A stretch of DNA of 64,000 nt from Candidatus Uhrbacteria bacterium (GCA_016844925.1 JAERTI010000036.1:79863-143862); one strand, 5' to 3'. Counted from the first letter of the stretch, positions 18,063-28,949 are shown. Translations and numbers: made by a program. Notes: generated by a model not told the origin, from the sequence alone.

Positions 18063-19450
18063 AAGGTTTGGTTTACCTTGTTTTGAGCCGTTGTGAGAGA
18101 TGCTTCCTCTTCTGCTCCAGAAAGGAAGGCGTCAATAAGTTCTATGAAGGCCTCTTCAGCAACCTGTGCATCGTCACCTTGGTACCAACTGTCTGCCGTG
18201 AGGGTTTGGCCGACAAAGACGGAGAGTGTTTCGTCCTCAATCTGATCATTGATAAGTCCACGGAGTGCCGTCGGTTTTTGCGCAGCGTTCAAGTAGCTCA
18301 TGACACGTTCTGCGTCAGTGGAAAAGAGGATGAAGTCCCAGGCCCAGTCACTGTTGTCCGTGCTCTTGGCAACGGTCTCGACCCAGTAGTTAGCGTAGTT
18401 CACCGTCTTGCCTCCGTCGATTTGTGGGACTGGGGCGATGGAGAAGTCGAGTTTTTCATTGGCCGCGCGGATGAATGGGGCGTGGTAGGCGTAGCCAAAG
18501 AAGAATCCCAGGTTTCCGGCCGTGAAGGCGTCAAAGGAGTCTAGCTGATCCTCATTCCAGGTGTAGACCTCTTTGAGTGGATTGGCGAAGTCCGTGTAAA
18601 AACGCATGGCTTGACCGGCGAGGAATGTCTTATCGACCTCTCTAGCAAAGAGGGCGCGTCCACGACTGTCTGTCATTTCTGTGCCGTTCTGCATCATCAG
18701 GAGGGAGGCGATATCGAAGGCACGTTCAACGTTTTCTCCGGTTCCGATGGCAGCAGCTGCTTGAATGATTTCATCGTCGGATCCGATCCTCACCATGTCA
18801 GCAACCTGGTCCTGGAACTCACTCCAAGTACTTGGCGGCTGTGGGAATCCAGCAGCATCGAGGAGGTCTTCGTTGTAATACAGGGCGAGCGTGTCGACGG
18901 CGAGCGGAAGGCCAAAGATGCGGCTTTCTGTAGGTGAGTCTGCGTTCGGTTGATAGTCGCGTAGGACATCTTGAGTCACCACATCGATGTAATCGCTCTT
19001 AAGAGCTCGTTCTGAGAGCGTTGGTTCTTCTTGGATGGTGTAGACCACCTCCTTTTTTACGGTTCCGCGTGTTTCAGAATATGGAATAGTGACGGAGTCT
19101 GGCATCGGCAGAATGAGACTCTCATATTCACCGATCCAAGTGTTGTGAATGGAGAAGATGTCTGGTCCGGTTCCTTCGGCGAAGGCACGGATGAGCTCAT
19201 CTTCATATTCATCCAGACGCAATTCTCGATAGTTGAACGAGACGTTTGGGTGAATCGCGCGGTAGGCATTCATGAGGTCTCGGAACGTGTCATCGCTGTC
19301 GAACACACGCCAAATGGTGAGAGTGACAGGTGTGGTGGCCAGGCGTTCAGCCGTTGCGTTGCCACCGCAGCCTGCTCCTGTAAGCACAAGCGCGACCAAC
19401 AACAACGGGGCCACGAGGCGGAAGAAAGATGTTGATCGTGTCTGCGTCAT
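18059..19450 (-). CDS. Extracellular solute-binding lipoprotein (ABC sugar-binding family 1-like)
   Basis: Lipobox GAG-C; GPDIF, GLP...DTLALYYN.DL, PP.TW.EF. Confidence 0.88.
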   Translation of the reverse strand: MTQTRSTSFFRLVAPLLLVALVLTGAGCGGNATAERLATTPVTLTIWRVFDSDDTFRDLMNAYRAIHPNVSFNYRELRLDEYEDELIRAFAEGTGPDIFSIHNTWIGEYESLILPMPDSVTIPYSETRGTVKKEVVYTIQEEPTLSERALKSDYIDVVTQDVLRDYQPNADSPTESRIFGLPLAVDTLALYYNEDLLDAAGFPQPPSTWSEFQDQVADMVRIGSDDEIIQAAAAIGTGENVERAFDIASLLMMQNGTEMTDSRGRALFAREVDKTFLAGQAMRFYTDFANPLKEVYTWNEDQLDSFDAFTAGNLGFFFGYAYHAPFIRAANEKLDFSIAPVPQIDGGKTVNYANYWVETVAKSTDNSDWAWDFILFSTDAERVMSYLNAAQKPTALRGLINDQIEDETLSVFVGQTLTADSWYQGDDAQVAEEAFIELIDAFLSGAEEEASLTTAQNKVNQTL

Positions 19451-20325
19451 AGAGATTTGATGGTCTTTTTAAGGTAGCGTTTGAGATTTGAGCCCGTGTC
19501 AGGGTGTTTGAGTCCAAGCTCCACCTGCGCCTTGAGGAAGCCGAGCTTGTTTCCACAGTCGTAGCGTGTGCCTTCAAACTTACATCCGTACAAAGCCTTG
19601 TTTTGCTCCAGGAGCGTGTTGAATGCATCAGCGAGTCGGATTTCTCCGTCACCACCAGCAGCTTGAGAGGGAAGGATGTCGAAGACCTCCGGGGTGAGAA
19701 TGTAGCGGCCGATGACAATAAGGTTGGATGGGGCCTTGCTGACAGGGGGTTTTTCTACGAAACGATCAATCTGGTAAGCACCTGCACCTACGCTCTTTCC
19801 CCCAATCACGCCGTACTTACTTACGTCTTTCTTTGGGACTTTCTGTAGAGCGATAACTGGATCGCCGTACTTTTCATACACGTCCATGAGTTGACGTAGA
19901 GCTGGTTTCTCATCGCTGTCGATGATGTCGTCTCCAAAGAGGACGGCAACAGGCTCATGTGCATCAACGAACGGGAGAGCCGTTAGGACGGCATGACCAT
20001 CACCCAGAGGTTTTGCCTGACGTACAAAGGCGAACTTCGCGAGCTTTCCGATTTTTGAGACGGCCTTGAGGGCTGCTTTCTTTCTCTTTTGCTCAAGTCG
20101 GTACTCAAGTTCGAAGTTGCGATCAAAGTGATCTTCGATGGCGCGCTTGCCGTTTGAGGTGACAAAGATGATCTCCTCGATACCGCTGGCGACCGCCTCT
20201 TCAACAATGTATTGAATGACGGGCTTATCAACGACAGCGAGCATCTCTTTTGGTTGGGCCTTGGAGGCCGGTAGGAAACGAGTTCCCATTCCCGCAACGG
20301 GAATAATAGCTTTGCGAATTTTCAT
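19447..20325 (-). CDS. galU: UTP--glucose-1-phosphate uridylyltransferase
   Basis: KAIIPVAGMGTRFLPASKAQPKEML, RYDCGNKLGFLKA. Confidence 0.96.
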   Translation of the reverse strand: MKIRKAIIPVAGMGTRFLPASKAQPKEMLAVVDKPVIQYIVEEAVASGIEEIIFVTSNGKRAIEDHFDRNFELEYRLEQKRKKAALKAVSKIGKLAKFAFVRQAKPLGDGHAVLTALPFVDAHEPVAVLFGDDIIDSDEKPALRQLMDVYEKYGDPVIALQKVPKKDVSKYGVIGGKSVGAGAYQIDRFVEKPPVSKAPSNLIVIGRYILTPEVFDILPSQAAGGDGEIRLADAFNTLLEQNKALYGCKFEGTRYDCGNKLGFLKAQVELGLKHPDTGSNLKRYLKKTIKSL

Positions 20326-20392
20326 AGATTTGCCCTTATTGTAGCGCACTGAAGAGTAAAGAAAAAACACTCCTGTGGAGTGTTTCGGTCGA

Positions 20393-20479
20393 TTAGTCGC
20401 GGCTGAGATGGTAGAGCGTAACAAGAAGAAAGACGATCAGAATGACGACAGCGATGATTATGCGTGGATCAGTCAGCAT
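20393..20479 (-). CDS. Possible 28-aa single-pass membrane microprotein
   Basis: MLTDPRIIIAVVILIVFLLVTLYHLSRD fills the gap between tRNA-Ser and galU. Confidence 0.4.
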   Translation of the reverse strand: MLTDPRIIIAVVILIVFLLVTLYHLSRD

Positions 20480-20524
20480 ATGAGATAGCGTAACACAAAA
20501 CACAGCAGGTCTTGCTGTGTTTTG

Positions 20525-20614
<90 letters not shown>

Positions 20615-20670
20615 CTGTGAGTGCGCGCGGAGAATATCATGGGCATTCTGAGTGTTCAAGGAATATTCTA

Positions 20671-21306
20671 TCAGTCTTGTTGAGGTATTTGGTCGTGATA
20701 GGTGCTGTTTTTAAGGATATCCTGTGCGAGTAAGAGGAGTTCTCCGTCCGTGGCATGGTTACCATCTGCGGAGATGATGACGAGGTATTCGTCCTCGTGA
20801 AAAAGAAGTTGTTTTGAAATTTCGCACTTATTCGGGATACCGTCTTCGTAGTCGATGCAGCGTGGTCGACTGTCGAGTTCTACGAAGGTGGCGGTGTGAC
20901 CGTCGATTAAGACCTCTTCCTGGTAGAAAAGTCGGTAAATCGCCTGTTGCTCCTCGATGGACCTACTGGGAAGGTAGTCGATCTCTACAAACCGCCAGCC
21001 GTTTCTTACATAGACAAGGGAGGTGGTTCCGATGGGGAATGTGTCGCTTGTTTGTGTGTAGACGCCGATTTCGTAAAGCACACTCTCAAGACTGTCGTTG
21101 GGTGGAGTGATTTCAAGTGTATCGACTGATTCGTGAGTCACCAATCCTGGGGCTTGGGTGAGAAGTGTGCGGTCGCTCACAGAGAGCCAGGTCACCAATC
21201 GAATGATCAGTGCCACGATTAAAATCGCCAGAACGAATCCACCTATAACACGGAGGCTTGGTTCTCGGTCGGGTCTATTTCTTCGAACGATGCGTCTGAG
21301 GAGCAT
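20671..21306 (-). CDS. Hypothetical membrane-anchored protein
   Basis: N-terminal basic patch plus TM helix; overlaps the upstream gene. Confidence 0.65.
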   Translation of the reverse strand: MLLRRIVRRNRPDREPSLRVIGGFVLAILIVALIIRLVTWLSVSDRTLLTQAPGLVTHESVDTLEITPPNDSLESVLYEIGVYTQTSDTFPIGTTSLVYVRNGWRFVEIDYLPSRSIEEQQAIYRLFYQEEVLIDGHTATFVELDSRPRCIDYEDGIPNKCEISKQLLFHEDEYLVIISADGNHATDGELLLLAQDILKNSTYHDQIPQQD

Positions 21307-22504
21307 AGAGCAGTGTGGCGATCAGGAGCCATGTAAGGATGGCGAGGTCGTTTTTCAAGTAGGGTACGTCGACAAGGCCGTGGATGGCGATCTCGATGAG
21401 AGCGAAGAACGCCGCGTACCCAGCGAGTGACGCTGGCTTGATCGATCGTCCTCGTACGAGTAATTGCCAACCAAGGAGCGCGACGGCAATGAGGCCTAAG
21501 AGCCCCAATTCCACCCAAATGTTTAAGACGATGTTGTGTGGGTATTGAAAAATTTCGTAGTGGGTGGCTCGGTGGTAGGGCTCAAGGGCCGTCGGGTAGC
21601 CAGAGAGGCCGGTGCCGAGCAGCCAGTGATCCTGGAGGAGATCGACCGTCTCACTCCATTGCGAGAGGCGAACCTGGCCGGAGTAGTCTTGGAGGGTGAG
21701 CTTGCCTACAACATCGGCTCTCCAAGGGGAGAGCAGTACCAGCGCTCCTACAACAAGTGTTCCAGCGACTGTGAGACGTCGCGTTTTTTTATTCACGAGT
21801 CCTGCGAGCAGGAGTGTTGCAATGATCGCGACAATGGCCGCCTCGGATTGGGCGAGAGTGGTGGCGATGAGTGAGAGGATCGTTACCGTGGGCCAGAACC
21901 AGGTGGAGACATCTTTGGTGAGACGTCGCGTGTGCATCGCGCCAATGATGACGATTGGTCCCAAGAAGAGTCCCAGGGCGTTCGGGTAATCAAAAACGGA
22001 GGTCACGCGGCGTTCAATGTCCCACGGAATGGGGAGGCCGGCACCAGTAATCCACTGAACGATGGCGACGAGAGAAAGAATGAGGGCTGTGAGACCGAGG
22101 GATTTGAAAAGGTCTTCGGCGGTGATGCTTGAGCGGATGAGTTCATACCTCACGATGAAAAAGAGGATGATCGGTTCAATGAAATACGCTTTCCAGATAC
22201 CTGCAGCCCCCATGAGATCCGGGGCGACGAAGAGGGAGACTGTGGAGGAGAGAAGGAGCAATCCAAGCGGGATCAGAATCGTTCGTGTTGGCAGCAGGCT
22301 TGAGAGTGTTGGGCGATGTTTGATGAGCCAAACCACAACGAATGTGAGAAGGAGCAGCTCGAGGAGGGTTGTGGGGACTCCAAAGAGTTCCGTGCGCAGG
22401 AGGTAACTTGGGAGTAGGGCAACGAGAAGTAGGAGTCCTCCGCGGGGGTTCAGCCAGGTTGTCAGACCGAATGCGGCCGTGAGGATTATCAGGACGGGGG
22501 TCAT
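21275..22504 (-). CDS. O-antigen ligase/polymerase family membrane protein
   Basis: RVTSVFDYPNALG, LGTGL, PHN..L..W.ELGLLG; many TM segments. Confidence 0.88.
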   Translation of the reverse strand: MTPVLIILTAAFGLTTWLNPRGGLLLLVALLPSYLLRTELFGVPTTLLELLLLTFVVVWLIKHRPTLSSLLPTRTILIPLGLLLLSSTVSLFVAPDLMGAAGIWKAYFIEPIILFFIVRYELIRSSITAEDLFKSLGLTALILSLVAIVQWITGAGLPIPWDIERRVTSVFDYPNALGLFLGPIVIIGAMHTRRLTKDVSTWFWPTVTILSLIATTLAQSEAAIVAIIATLLLAGLVNKKTRRLTVAGTLVVGALVLLSPWRADVVGKLTLQDYSGQVRLSQWSETVDLLQDHWLLGTGLSGYPTALEPYHRATHYEIFQYPHNIVLNIWVELGLLGLIAVALLGWQLLVRGRSIKPASLAGYAAFFALIEIAIHGLVDVPYLKNDLAILTWLLIATLLYAPQTHRSKK

Positions 22505-23919
22505 ACCACTGGACGGGTCAGGGCCTTAAGCTCTTTGATGGTAATAGCGCGTAGGGCGAGTAGTGCGGCTCCATAGACTGTGGCGCCGATCAGGATATCG
22601 AGAATGACGTGTACATCAATTTGTCGCAATACGAGATACATGGCCGTTGCTGCAAGGAGGGCCTTGAGGGTGGCAAGGAGATTTGGCAGAGCACCACTAA
22701 CGCGCCAGACAACAATAAAGGTAATGGCGGCGATGAGCGCTTCGCTGGCGAGCGTGACCCAGATGGCGCCCCACATACCGTGCTCTGGAATCAGCCAGAG
22801 GTAGCCGACGATGGAGACAATGGCTACGAAGACATAACCGAGAGTCATGATGCGCTGTTTGTTGAGTGCAACGATGAGGTGGCCGTAGAGTGCACCCAAG
22901 AACACACCAATAAGGGCAATGATGAGCAGTGCCAACGCAGGGCCAGCATCAGCAAACCCGTCTCCAGCGATTAAGACCGTGAGTTCTGTCGCGACGAGTT
23001 GTGCGCCAACAACAAGGGGAATGACGGCCATGGCGAATAGATCAAACGTGCGCGCTACGTATCTGCGGAAGTCTTTGGCTTTGCCAGCACTCCAGGCGGC
23101 TACGAGCGATGGGAGCACGAGCCCCATGAACATGACAGGAAGTACGGTGAGAACGTCGATAATGCGATAGGCCATGCCGTAGAGACCCACTTCTGTTTCG
23201 GGGCGGAAGTAGGCAAGGAAGAGAATGTCGCCCTTGAGGTAGAGCAGGTTGAAGACAATTGAGACAGCGATGGGCCAAGAGCGGGAGAGGATGTCGCGCC
23301 AGACGGACATCTCGAACAGTGGGCGGACGCGGACGAGTGGCTTGGCAAAGTGGATCATCGTCCAGAGCCAGATGGCGTTGGCGATCACGGAGGCAAAGAC
23401 CATGGCTCCTACGGTTGGAGCGGTCATGGCAAAGATGGCGATGAGTCCCAGGAGCACGGCGCGGTTAATAAGCTCTGCCAGGGCCGCACGCCACATGCGT
23501 TCATGCTTTTGAAAGATACCTACGAGCATGCTGGCACCTCCCATAAAGAAGTACGCTGTCGCACCAATGAGTACGGCTTGCTTTACGACAGGGGTGAAGG
23601 GAAATGCCAAGATCGAAATCGGCGCAAGGGAAAACAAAAGGGCTCCTGAGACAAGTCGTAGCCCAAAAAAGTTCCCAGCAACACGCTCTTCATCGATCCC
23701 TTTTTCCGAGATCATGACGATAAGGGTGAGCGTGAGTCCAAAGTCCACCACCACACCAAACATTTGAAGATAGGTAACAGCCGTGGTGTATTCACCAAAG
23801 GCAGCCGTTCCTAAGGTGCGTGTAATAAAGGCAATCGTAATCAGGCCGATGAGTACCGAGAGGCCTTTACCAATGAGCTGGACAGTGAAATTTGAGGCTA
23901 AAGATCGCGATGAAATCAT
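22501..23919 (-). CDS. Polysaccharide flippase (Wzx/MOP family)
   Basis: TRTLG...FGEY, DFGL, EVGLY..AYRI; about 12-14 TM segments; start chosen 10 nt after TGATACACT. Confidence 0.88.
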   Translation of the reverse strand: MISSRSLASNFTVQLIGKGLSVLIGLITIAFITRTLGTAAFGEYTTAVTYLQMFGVVVDFGLTLTLIVMISEKGIDEERVAGNFFGLRLVSGALLFSLAPISILAFPFTPVVKQAVLIGATAYFFMGGASMLVGIFQKHERMWRAALAELINRAVLLGLIAIFAMTAPTVGAMVFASVIANAIWLWTMIHFAKPLVRVRPLFEMSVWRDILSRSWPIAVSIVFNLLYLKGDILFLAYFRPETEVGLYGMAYRIIDVLTVLPVMFMGLVLPSLVAAWSAGKAKDFRRYVARTFDLFAMAVIPLVVGAQLVATELTVLIAGDGFADAGPALALLIIALIGVFLGALYGHLIVALNKQRIMTLGYVFVAIVSIVGYLWLIPEHGMWGAIWVTLASEALIAAITFIVVWRVSGALPNLLATLKALLAATAMYLVLRQIDVHVILDILIGATVYGAALLALRAITIKELKALTRPVV

Positions 23920-23988
23920 ATCGGTCATAAGTGTATCACGTTTTTCTTTTGACCCTGCTCCTAAAAAATGCTATTATTCCTTTGAAAT

Positions 23989-25944
23989 ATGATAGTTTTT
24001 CGCTCGCGCGATTTCCATGCTTTGTCCGCGGCGACCACGAAGATTTCCGTGGTTTTGGTTTCGCTGTTGCTCGTTTTAGCAGCAGTTTTTTTGTCGACGA
24101 ATGTCGCTGAAGCCGCGCCTCGCAAAGGATACGAAGCGCTGCAGGTAACACTGCCAAAACAAGGGTTCACCATGCAACCCGGTGCCACTCAGCAGGTCAT
24201 GATTGGTTTTCAGAATATTGGAGAAAAAACCTGGACGAATAATGGAGGGCCATACGTCTCTATTTATACGTATGGACCAAAATACCGTACGAGTGTCTTT
24301 GAATCAGGAAATTGGGAAGATTTCACACAGGCAGCTTTGTTGAATGAAGCCGCTGTGGCTCCTGGATCGATTGGATACATTTATCTCACACTGACAGCTC
24401 CAGATTCTGAAGGTACGTATAAAGAGACATTCAATCTTGCAGCAGAGGACACAACATGGATTCCGGGAGGGGAGTTTACACTGACGATTAATGTTGAAGG
24501 TGATACCGCTGTGGCGACTTCTCGTGAGAGCGCGTCGACAACAACAACACCTGTCGCAGTAGCTCCTTCCGCAGAAGAGGAGGTTGAAGACGTACAAGAG
24601 GATGCAATTGAGGATGGTGTTGCCTCGCCTGACACAGACGGACTCTCAGCTATGATCTTGTTGCGTAGTGTCAAGAGTGTGACAGCTAAAGCAGGTGAAG
24701 AGATCTCTTATAAGATTGGCGTGAAAAATACAGGCTCCGTTGCTTGGGGCACGCGTGAGATTCGAACAGGAGACATTGCGATTGCAAGTGCGGGCACAGA
24801 GCACTCTTCATGGGTCTCTTCCACAAAGTTGGTTTTGAATGATTCTGGCACGGTGAAACCTGGGGGTCTCGATTTCCTGGAATTCACATTCGCTGCACCA
24901 TCAACAAAGGGAGATCATACGGTGCGTTACACCATGGCGGTGAACGACACGATTATCCCAGATTTCTATATCGATATTCCGGTTGAGGTGACCTCTGGAG
25001 CTGCTGCCGTGATTAATGAGCCTGTTACCGTTGATGAGGATGCGATTCAGGCGGCAAATACCATCGAAGAGCCAATCGTCCGAATTGGACTACTCACCAT
25101 TGATGAAGAGACTGACTGGGTGACTGAGATTAGTTGTAACAGCACGTGGAGACTTGAAGATAGTGAAGGGGGGCTCCTGGGAGTGATGGGTCAAAACGAA
25201 ATGGTGCGTGCGTTCTACAAGAACCATCGTTACTACTACAACCGTGGTAAGGGCATCGAACAGACGCATAAGTACCTGCGATTCGTGCCAGATAGTGATG
25301 ACGCGATCTGTACCATTGAGAACTTTGACCGACGTGCAACACGTAATGCGGCCTATGCGGATAACATGTTCCGCGATGCTCTCGAGTTGCAGTACATTCC
25401 ATACAAGGATGAGGTTTGGGTGATCAATGAGCTTCCAATCGAGGAGTATCTTTACGGACTGGCTGAAACATCAAACCTTTCGGCACATGAGTTTAAGAAG
25501 ACGCTCATTACGATTGCGCGCACCTACGCCACCTATCACTGGGAGCGAAACACGAAGCATCATGGGTATTTCCACATGAATGCGTACGCAGATGATCAGG
25601 TGTACAAGGGGTATGAGTATGAGCTGCGACATTTCAACATCAAAAAGGCAGCAGACGACACAACGGGTATTACGGTGAACTACGAGGGGAAGACCGCTAT
25701 CACGCCGTACTTCTCTCGCTCCGACGGACGCACTCGCGACTGGTCAGAGGTCTGGGGAGGTTACGTGCCATGGGTGCGTGGTGTGCCAGCGCCGTGTGAC
25801 TTGAAACATGGCCGCACGCTCTGGGGTCACGGAGTTGGACTCAGTGCTTCTGAGGCTCTGTGTATGGCTCGTGAAGGAGAGCTTTGGGACGACATTTTGA
25901 AGTATTTCTACACAGGAGTTGAATTGAACAAACGATGGGACTAA
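23989..25944 (+). CDS. SpoIID/LytB-domain protein with N-terminal Ig-like domains
   Basis: INELPIEEYL.GL.E, ARTYA, DQVYKG, GHGVGLS, ILKYFYTG; two F/V.N.G...W Ig-like repeats. Confidence 0.88.
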   Translation: MIVFRSRDFHALSAATTKISVVLVSLLLVLAAVFLSTNVAEAAPRKGYEALQVTLPKQGFTMQPGATQQVMIGFQNIGEKTWTNNGGPYVSIYTYGPKYRTSVFESGNWEDFTQAALLNEAAVAPGSIGYIYLTLTAPDSEGTYKETFNLAAEDTTWIPGGEFTLTINVEGDTAVATSRESASTTTTPVAVAPSAEEEVEDVQEDAIEDGVASPDTDGLSAMILLRSVKSVTAKAGEEISYKIGVKNTGSVAWGTREIRTGDIAIASAGTEHSSWVSSTKLVLNDSGTVKPGGLDFLEFTFAAPSTKGDHTVRYTMAVNDTIIPDFYIDIPVEVTSGAAAVINEPVTVDEDAIQAANTIEEPIVRIGLLTIDEETDWVTEISCNSTWRLEDSEGGLLGVMGQNEMVRAFYKNHRYYYNRGKGIEQTHKYLRFVPDSDDAICTIENFDRRATRNAAYADNMFRDALELQYIPYKDEVWVINELPIEEYLYGLAETSNLSAHEFKKTLITIARTYATYHWERNTKHHGYFHMNAYADDQVYKGYEYELRHFNIKKAADDTTGITVNYEGKTAITPYFSRSDGRTRDWSEVWGGYVPWVRGVPAPCDLKHGRTLWGHGVGLSASEALCMAREGELWDDILKYFYTGVELNKRWD

Positions 25945-26993
25945 GAGTTCTCACAATCCTACTGATGATCGCCGCAGTTAATCCTGCGGCGGTTTTGGCT
26001 CTGGATCCGCTTCAGGAGATTTATGAGAAGCGGGGAGATTTGCAAGTGGCATTTGAGGCAGACACTGGATTAGCTGTGCCGGGGACGGCAGCGGGATTCC
26101 TACTCGACCTTGAAGATTGGGCGCGACAGTACGGTTGGGCTGAGCACGATGAGTTGCGCAGCTATGGCCCTGAGGAGGGTGACGGAGTACCGGCTCGTGT
26201 TGATACGCAAGAGATCGAGTCAGAGATTGGAGCGCATGCGTACGTGGTGATGGATCGGTCGACGGGGAAGATTCTGACGGTAAAAAATGAAAATCGGCAG
26301 TGGCCCGTTGCCTCACTCACCAAGCTGGTTACCGCTGATGTAGTGCTGGACCACGAGGTTTCAATGAGCGCCTACGGTGATGTGCGCAACAGCGACAATG
26401 TCGGCGGAGCGCGGCTGTGGGTGTATGACGGTGATGAGTTTACTGTCGAGGATCTTTTTTACGCAGCTTTGGTTGGGAGTGCGAACAACGGAGCGAATGC
26501 CTTGTCTCGTACCGCGGGCCTTACACGTTCGACATTCCTGGAAGAGATGAATAATCGAGCTAAGGCGTTGAACTTGATCAAGACGGAGTTTGTCGATCCG
26601 ACAGGCATCGAGCTTGGAAACGTGTCGACCGCGCGTGAGATGACACGTCTGGCGCGAGATATTTTAGGGCGTGATGAAGTGCGTCGGTTCACAACAACGG
26701 CCACAAAGCATATCTACAATCTGACCCAGTCCACTTCTAAGAAAATGACGAACACGAACTGGATGCTTTATAAGTCGGACTATGATGATGTGTACGTCAC
26801 GGGTGGGAAGACCGGGTACTTAATCGAAAGCGGTTGGAACCTTGTGGTGGCGCTACGTCCTAATGGTTACGATACGGATAGGGAGTTGCTTATCACGATT
26901 TTCGGTGCTGATTCTCGAGCGGATTCGTTCATCGATGCAGAGAAGCTGGCGGACTGGGCGTGGGACGTGCATCAGTGGGAAAAACAGTATTAG
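25935..26993 (+). CDS. D-Ala-D-Ala carboxypeptidase (peptidase S11)
   Basis: ASLTK (SxxK), SAN, GGKTGY. Confidence 0.9.
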   Translation: MGLRVLTILLMIAAVNPAAVLALDPLQEIYEKRGDLQVAFEADTGLAVPGTAAGFLLDLEDWARQYGWAEHDELRSYGPEEGDGVPARVDTQEIESEIGAHAYVVMDRSTGKILTVKNENRQWPVASLTKLVTADVVLDHEVSMSAYGDVRNSDNVGGARLWVYDGDEFTVEDLFYAALVGSANNGANALSRTAGLTRSTFLEEMNNRAKALNLIKTEFVDPTGIELGNVSTAREMTRLARDILGRDEVRRFTTTATKHIYNLTQSTSKKMTNTNWMLYKSDYDDVYVTGGKTGYLIESGWNLVVALRPNGYDTDRELLITIFGADSRADSFIDAEKLADWAWDVHQWEKQY

Positions 26994-27007
26994 AGAAAGA
27001 ATTAGAG

Positions 27008-27045
27008 AAATAAAAAGAGAGGCCATGTGGCCTCTCTTTTTATTT
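27008..27045. terminator. Bidirectional terminator between convergent genes
   Basis: AAATAAAAAGAGAGGCCA-TG-TGGCCTCTCTTTTTATTT perfect inverted repeat. Confidence 0.85.
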
Positions 27046-27621
27046 GATTGTACTTTTTATCTTTCCGTGTCCTGTTGCCCCTAGGGCACTCACGCGCTTT
27101 TTATCTTCCTCAACCAGTTTCGTCACGATTTCTTTTACGTGCTCAGGGTCGTCGATATTTTTAAAGTGGAATCGTCCTCGCTCTCCTGCTGTCTGGACAA
27201 AGACCTGGCCGTAGGTGAAGACAGTTTGGAGCACGCCTCGGATTTCTGCGGTGGTGTCTTGCACGGCCGCGAGGTCGAGTTCGGACGCTGTGCGGTGAAA
27301 GAGGCCCTCTTGTTCGATGTTGATGATGCGTTCGTTGGTCACGATCCAAGTGTCGAGGTAGAAGTCTGTGAACTCAATGAAGGCAAAGAGCCAGACGGAG
27401 AGAACATAGAGGCTCCCGAACACGACGATGATCGGGCCTGAGACGGGGCCGTTCACCCAGGGCTCGACGTCGAGCCAGAAATACCAGCCGAGGCCAAGGG
27501 GGAGGCCGGTGAGGAGAATAAACGCCGCGACGATGGTGAGGATGGCAAACCAGTGTCGTCGCATGAACAGGACAACATGTTCGTCTGGGCGCTGGTTTGG
27601 AAGATGGTCTAGACGCATCAT
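27040..27621 (-). CDS. Bacterial PH-domain membrane protein
   Basis: RRHW, two TM segments, WIVTNERII.I.Q.GLF, YG.V.VQTAG. Confidence 0.82.
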   Translation of the reverse strand: MMRLDHLPNQRPDEHVVLFMRRHWFAILTIVAAFILLTGLPLGLGWYFWLDVEPWVNGPVSGPIIVVFGSLYVLSVWLFAFIEFTDFYLDTWIVTNERIINIEQEGLFHRTASELDLAAVQDTTAEIRGVLQTVFTYGQVFVQTAGERGRFHFKNIDDPEHVKEIVTKLVEEDKKRVSALGATGHGKIKSTIK

Positions 27622-27902
27622 AGGGCTGGGAACAGATCTTCGTTGTAATACTCTGCAGCGCTGTCAACGGAAACGGAGTGTGTCCAGTCGTACTCCATCA
27701 GCAGGAAGACCGAACCGGAAATCAGAATAATCGTTCCACCCGTGAAGACCGTCACGATCAGGTACAAGCCAAAACCGTAGATACCGTAGCGGATGAGGTG
27801 GTAGATGTTGAACAGGCTATAGAAAACATAAAAGAGCATGTACGCGCCGTAGATCGCTAGGAAGATCGATACGGGGATGCCGAGGTCGGGAAGATCGAAC
27901 AT
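27618..27902 (-). CDS. Small hypothetical membrane protein
   Basis: Two TM segments, YHL.RYG motif. Confidence 0.65.
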   Translation of the reverse strand: MFDLPDLGIPVSIFLAIYGAYMLFYVFYSLFNIYHLIRYGIYGFGLYLIVTVFTGGTIILISGSVFLLMEYDWTHSVSVDSAAEYYNEDLFPAL

Positions 27903-27941
27903 AGTAAGAAAAGTTTATCATAAAAGACCCCATGAGGGTCT

Positions 27942-28949
27942 TTACTGCAGGTGCTCAGAGCCACGTTCGGTTACGATACGGCCGCGCGGGGTGCGCTGGA
28001 GAAAACCGATTTGGATCAGGAACGGTTCGTGCACGTCTTCAATCGTCTGAATTTCTTCTTGTGTGGCTGCGGCAATGGTTGAGAGTCCTACGGGGCCACC
28101 CTTAAATTTTTCGACGATGGTAGAGAGGATGCGTCGGTCTGTCTGATCAAGACCAACGTGATCTACCTTGAGTTTTTCCAGGGCTGTGCCACAGACGTCA
28201 TGATTGATGTGACCATCGGCCTTTACTTGTGCGTAATCACGGACACGTTTAAGTAGACGGTTAGCGATGCGGGGTGTACGACGTGAGCGTGCAGCCAGGA
28301 GTCCGGCAGCATCGTCATCCATAGTGACGTCCAGAAGGTTTGCACTGCGTTTCACAATGTCGCCTATGTGGTTCTCTTCGTAGAAGTTGAGGTGATGAAC
28401 GGCACCGAATCGATCGCGCAGTGGGGCTGAGAGCAGGGAGAGTCGAGTGGTGGCGCCGATGATGGTGAACTTTTCTAGGTTGAGTCGGAGCGTTCTCGCC
28501 GTAGGACCTTTTCCAACGATGATATCCAGAGCATAGTCCTCCATGGCCGGGTACAGCACCTCTTCGATGGTTTTGTTCATGCGGTGAATTTCATCGATAA
28601 ACAGAACATCTCCAGGGCCAAGGTTTGAGAGGATGGCAGCGAGATCACCTACGCGCTCTAGAGCCGGTCCAGAGGTGACACGAATCTGTGCGCCCATCTC
28701 GTTGGCAATAATGTGGGCGAGGGTTGTTTTGCCGAGTCCTGGATTCCCATAGAGCAAAACGTGGTCGATGGCTTCTTCGCGTTTTTTTGCCGCTTCAATA
28801 AAAATGGAGAGATTCTCTTTGAGATCATCTTGGCCAACAAAATCATCAAGACTCTGTGGGCGCAGGCCTACCTCAAAGACACGCTCTTCCTCTGGAGCAT
28901 CTGTGGCAACAACTCGCTCAGGAATGTTCATCTCTTCGCGCTCGATCAT
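27942..28949 (-). CDS. ruvB: Holliday junction branch-migration ATPase RuvB
   Basis: [32 protein letters not shown]. Confidence 0.97.
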   Translation of the reverse strand: MIEREEMNIPERVVATDAPEEERVFEVGLRPQSLDDFVGQDDLKENLSIFIEAAKKREEAIDHVLLYGNPGLGKTTLAHIIANEMGAQIRVTSGPALERVGDLAAILSNLGPGDVLFIDEIHRMNKTIEEVLYPAMEDYALDIIVGKGPTARTLRLNLEKFTIIGATTRLSLLSAPLRDRFGAVHHLNFYEENHIGDIVKRSANLLDVTMDDDAAGLLAARSRRTPRIANRLLKRVRDYAQVKADGHINHDVCGTALEKLKVDHVGLDQTDRRILSTIVEKFKGGPVGLSTIAAATQEEIQTIEDVHEPFLIQIGFLQRTPRGRIVTERGSEHLQ

